Source: Promethearchaeota archaeon (lineage in GTDB: Archaea > Asgardarchaeota > Lokiarchaeia > Sigyniarchaeales > SOKP01). From it: a stretch of DNA of 64,000 nt. The translations under genes were made by a program, and so were the position numbers. The notes under the pieces were generated by a model. That model was not told the origin of the DNA and did no database searches. It saw only the letters and a list, made by a program, of their open reading frames with translations. Location: NCBI GenBank assembly GCA_019057795.1, contig JAHLWS010000021.1:1-64000 (forward strand), written 5' to 3'. Positions 62,336 through 64,000 of the stretch are shown here, in pieces (position 1 is the stretch's first letter; each line of letters opens with the position of its first letter).

Positions 62336-63997
62336 TTAATTATTATAGATCTCTTTAAATTGTATTCTAATTACTTTCTTATTTAACTTACCTACGCTGG
62401 TCCTAGGGATAGAGTCCACAAATATGATCTTGTTTGGTATTTGCCATTTAGCAAAATTCTTGGTGAGATATTGGCGAAGTTCTTTTTCAGCAATTGATTT
62501 AAAGCCTTCCCGTAGAACAACTAAAGCTAAAGGTCTTTCCTCCCATTTTGGATGTGGTAATCCTACTACGGCAGCTTCAAGTACGCCTTTATGAGACATT
62601 AACGTATTTTCCATATCAATTGAACTAATCCATTCTCCACCGCTTTTAATAACATCTTTAATCCTATCTGTTATCTTTAGATATCCTTCAGAATCAATAC
62701 AACCAGCATCACCAGTTCTAAAAAATCCATCTGGTGTAAAACTATCCTTAGTTCGATCCGAGTTATAATAGCACCTGGTAATCCAAGGACCACGTATAAG
62801 CACTTCTCCAGAAGACTTCCCATCGCTAGGAAGCTCATTACCCATCTCATCTAATACTTTAATGTCTATACCTGAATTAATGGTACCTTGCTTTTTCTTA
62901 AGTTCCCAAAGATCCTCTTCAGAAAGTTCTTTTTTAAGCCAGGGTTTGAAATAATTTAGGGTGACAATTGCTAACCCTTCTGTAGAACCATAAGTATGTA
63001 CAATTTCTCCACCAGTATCGTCCCAGAAACCTCGCATTAGAGTTATTGGGGGTTCAGATCCTCCGCAGAGGAAACGAGCACCGGTTAAATCTGGTTTTTC
63101 GTCCATTTTTCTGATTATTTCATGCATTGCCATCAAAACGGTCGGTACTGCAGCTGATATAGTTACTTTTTCTTTAACCATCAGATTGGTAAGTTCTTTT
63201 AGATCTTGTAAGCCCCACTTGCCCGAGAAAATTAATTTAGCCCCTGCATATGCTGAAGCTTGAGGTATCGACCAACCAAGGACATGGAACATGGGAACCA
63301 TTTGAAAAACAACATCATTCACTGATATAGAGAATTTAGCAGTAAACATTAAGGCATGAATATATACTTCTCGGTGAGAGTAATATACACCTTTTGGTTT
63401 TCCAGTAGTACCTGTTGTATAACACGCTGCATACGAAGAATTTTCATCTAAGTAAGGCCATTCATATTTCGGTGAGGCATTATTCACAAGTTCTTCATAG
63501 CTATAAATTGGGTTAAGATCAGTTCTTATATCACTTAAATCCTTTTCAGTAATAATTATGTACCCTTTTATTTCCTTGCATAAAGCAGCTACAGATTCAG
63601 CTACACTAATCAGATCTTCATCAACAATGATATATTTTGCACCAGAATGATTTATTACGTAAGATAATTCCTCAGGAATAAGGTTTAGATTCAAAGAAAC
63701 CATAACAGCCCCCATTCCAGGGAGGCCATAATAAATCTCAAAATGCTGATGGTGATTCCAAGCAATAACTCCAACTCTATCACCAACTTTTATACCAATA
63801 GAGTCTAACGCATTTGCTAATCTTTGCATTCTTTCATATGAATCCTTATAGGTATACTGAAATAAGTTCCCATCACTTTTTCTTGTAATGATTTCTTGTT
63901 TCGCGAAATTTCTTATACCCTGCCGCATATGGTTTATAACATTAAGCTGGTAATTTTTTTCTTGCTCAACCATAAAACCTTTAACAATCTTCCTCAT
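62336..63997 (-). CDS. Medium/long-chain fatty acid-CoA ligase (AlkK/DmdB-like)
   Basis: YTTGTTGKPKG, PMFH, FRTGD, DRIKDVIKSGGEWISS, KWEERP and TSVGK. Confidence 0.92.
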   Translation of the reverse strand: MRKIVKGFMVEQEKNYQLNVINHMRQGIRNFAKQEIITRKSDGNLFQYTYKDSYERMQRLANALDSIGIKVGDRVGVIAWNHHQHFEIYYGLPGMGAVMVSLNLNLIPEELSYVINHSGAKYIIVDEDLISVAESVAALCKEIKGYIIITEKDLSDIRTDLNPIYSYEELVNNASPKYEWPYLDENSSYAACYTTGTTGKPKGVYYSHREVYIHALMFTAKFSISVNDVVFQMVPMFHVLGWSIPQASAYAGAKLIFSGKWGLQDLKELTNLMVKEKVTISAAVPTVLMAMHEIIRKMDEKPDLTGARFLCGGSEPPITLMRGFWDDTGGEIVHTYGSTEGLAIVTLNYFKPWLKKELSEEDLWELKKKQGTINSGIDIKVLDEMGNELPSDGKSSGEVLIRGPWITRCYYNSDRTKDSFTPDGFFRTGDAGCIDSEGYLKITDRIKDVIKSGGEWISSIDMENTLMSHKGVLEAAVVGLPHPKWEERPLALVVLREGFKSIAEKELRQYLTKNFAKWQIPNKIIFVDSIPRTSVGKLNKKVIRIQFKEIYNN

Positions 63998-64000
63998 TCA

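Overview
AT-rich archaeal chromosomal segment, most likely from an Asgard archaeon of the Lokiarchaeia type. This is an inference from a Loki-CTERM-type sorting tail, a Loki-type LRR family, longin and roadblock domains, Rab-like small GTPases, a RING-H2 protein, an archaeal histone, LSm, ThiDN and a tungsten AOR. About 55 CDS are present, mostly metabolic: thiC, thiDN, leuB-like, lpdA, AOR, glycerate kinase, dpaL, AlaDH/OCD and acyl-CoA ligases. Two eukaryote-like modules stand out. (i) A RING-H2/TPR gene sits divergent from two tandem paralogous Roadblock-GTPase-(pseudo)GTPase genes (23.9-27.8 kb). (ii) A mu-homology-like gene, a beta-propeller gene and a longin gene form an adaptor/coat-like cluster (45.2-49.7 kb). 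Features missing from the ORF track: an MFS gene running off the left edge, a 9-codon leader peptide with mutually exclusive hairpins and U11 (attenuator-like) upstream of it, a tRNA-Arg(CCU) with two BHB introns (37/38 and 58/59), and a small Zn-ribbon ORF. Three genes are split by one missing A in A-tracts, and a second thiC-family gene is broken by an in-frame UGA at a conserved Trp. All family assignments come from motif reading by eye; no searches were run. No rRNA, CRISPR array or transposase was seen.
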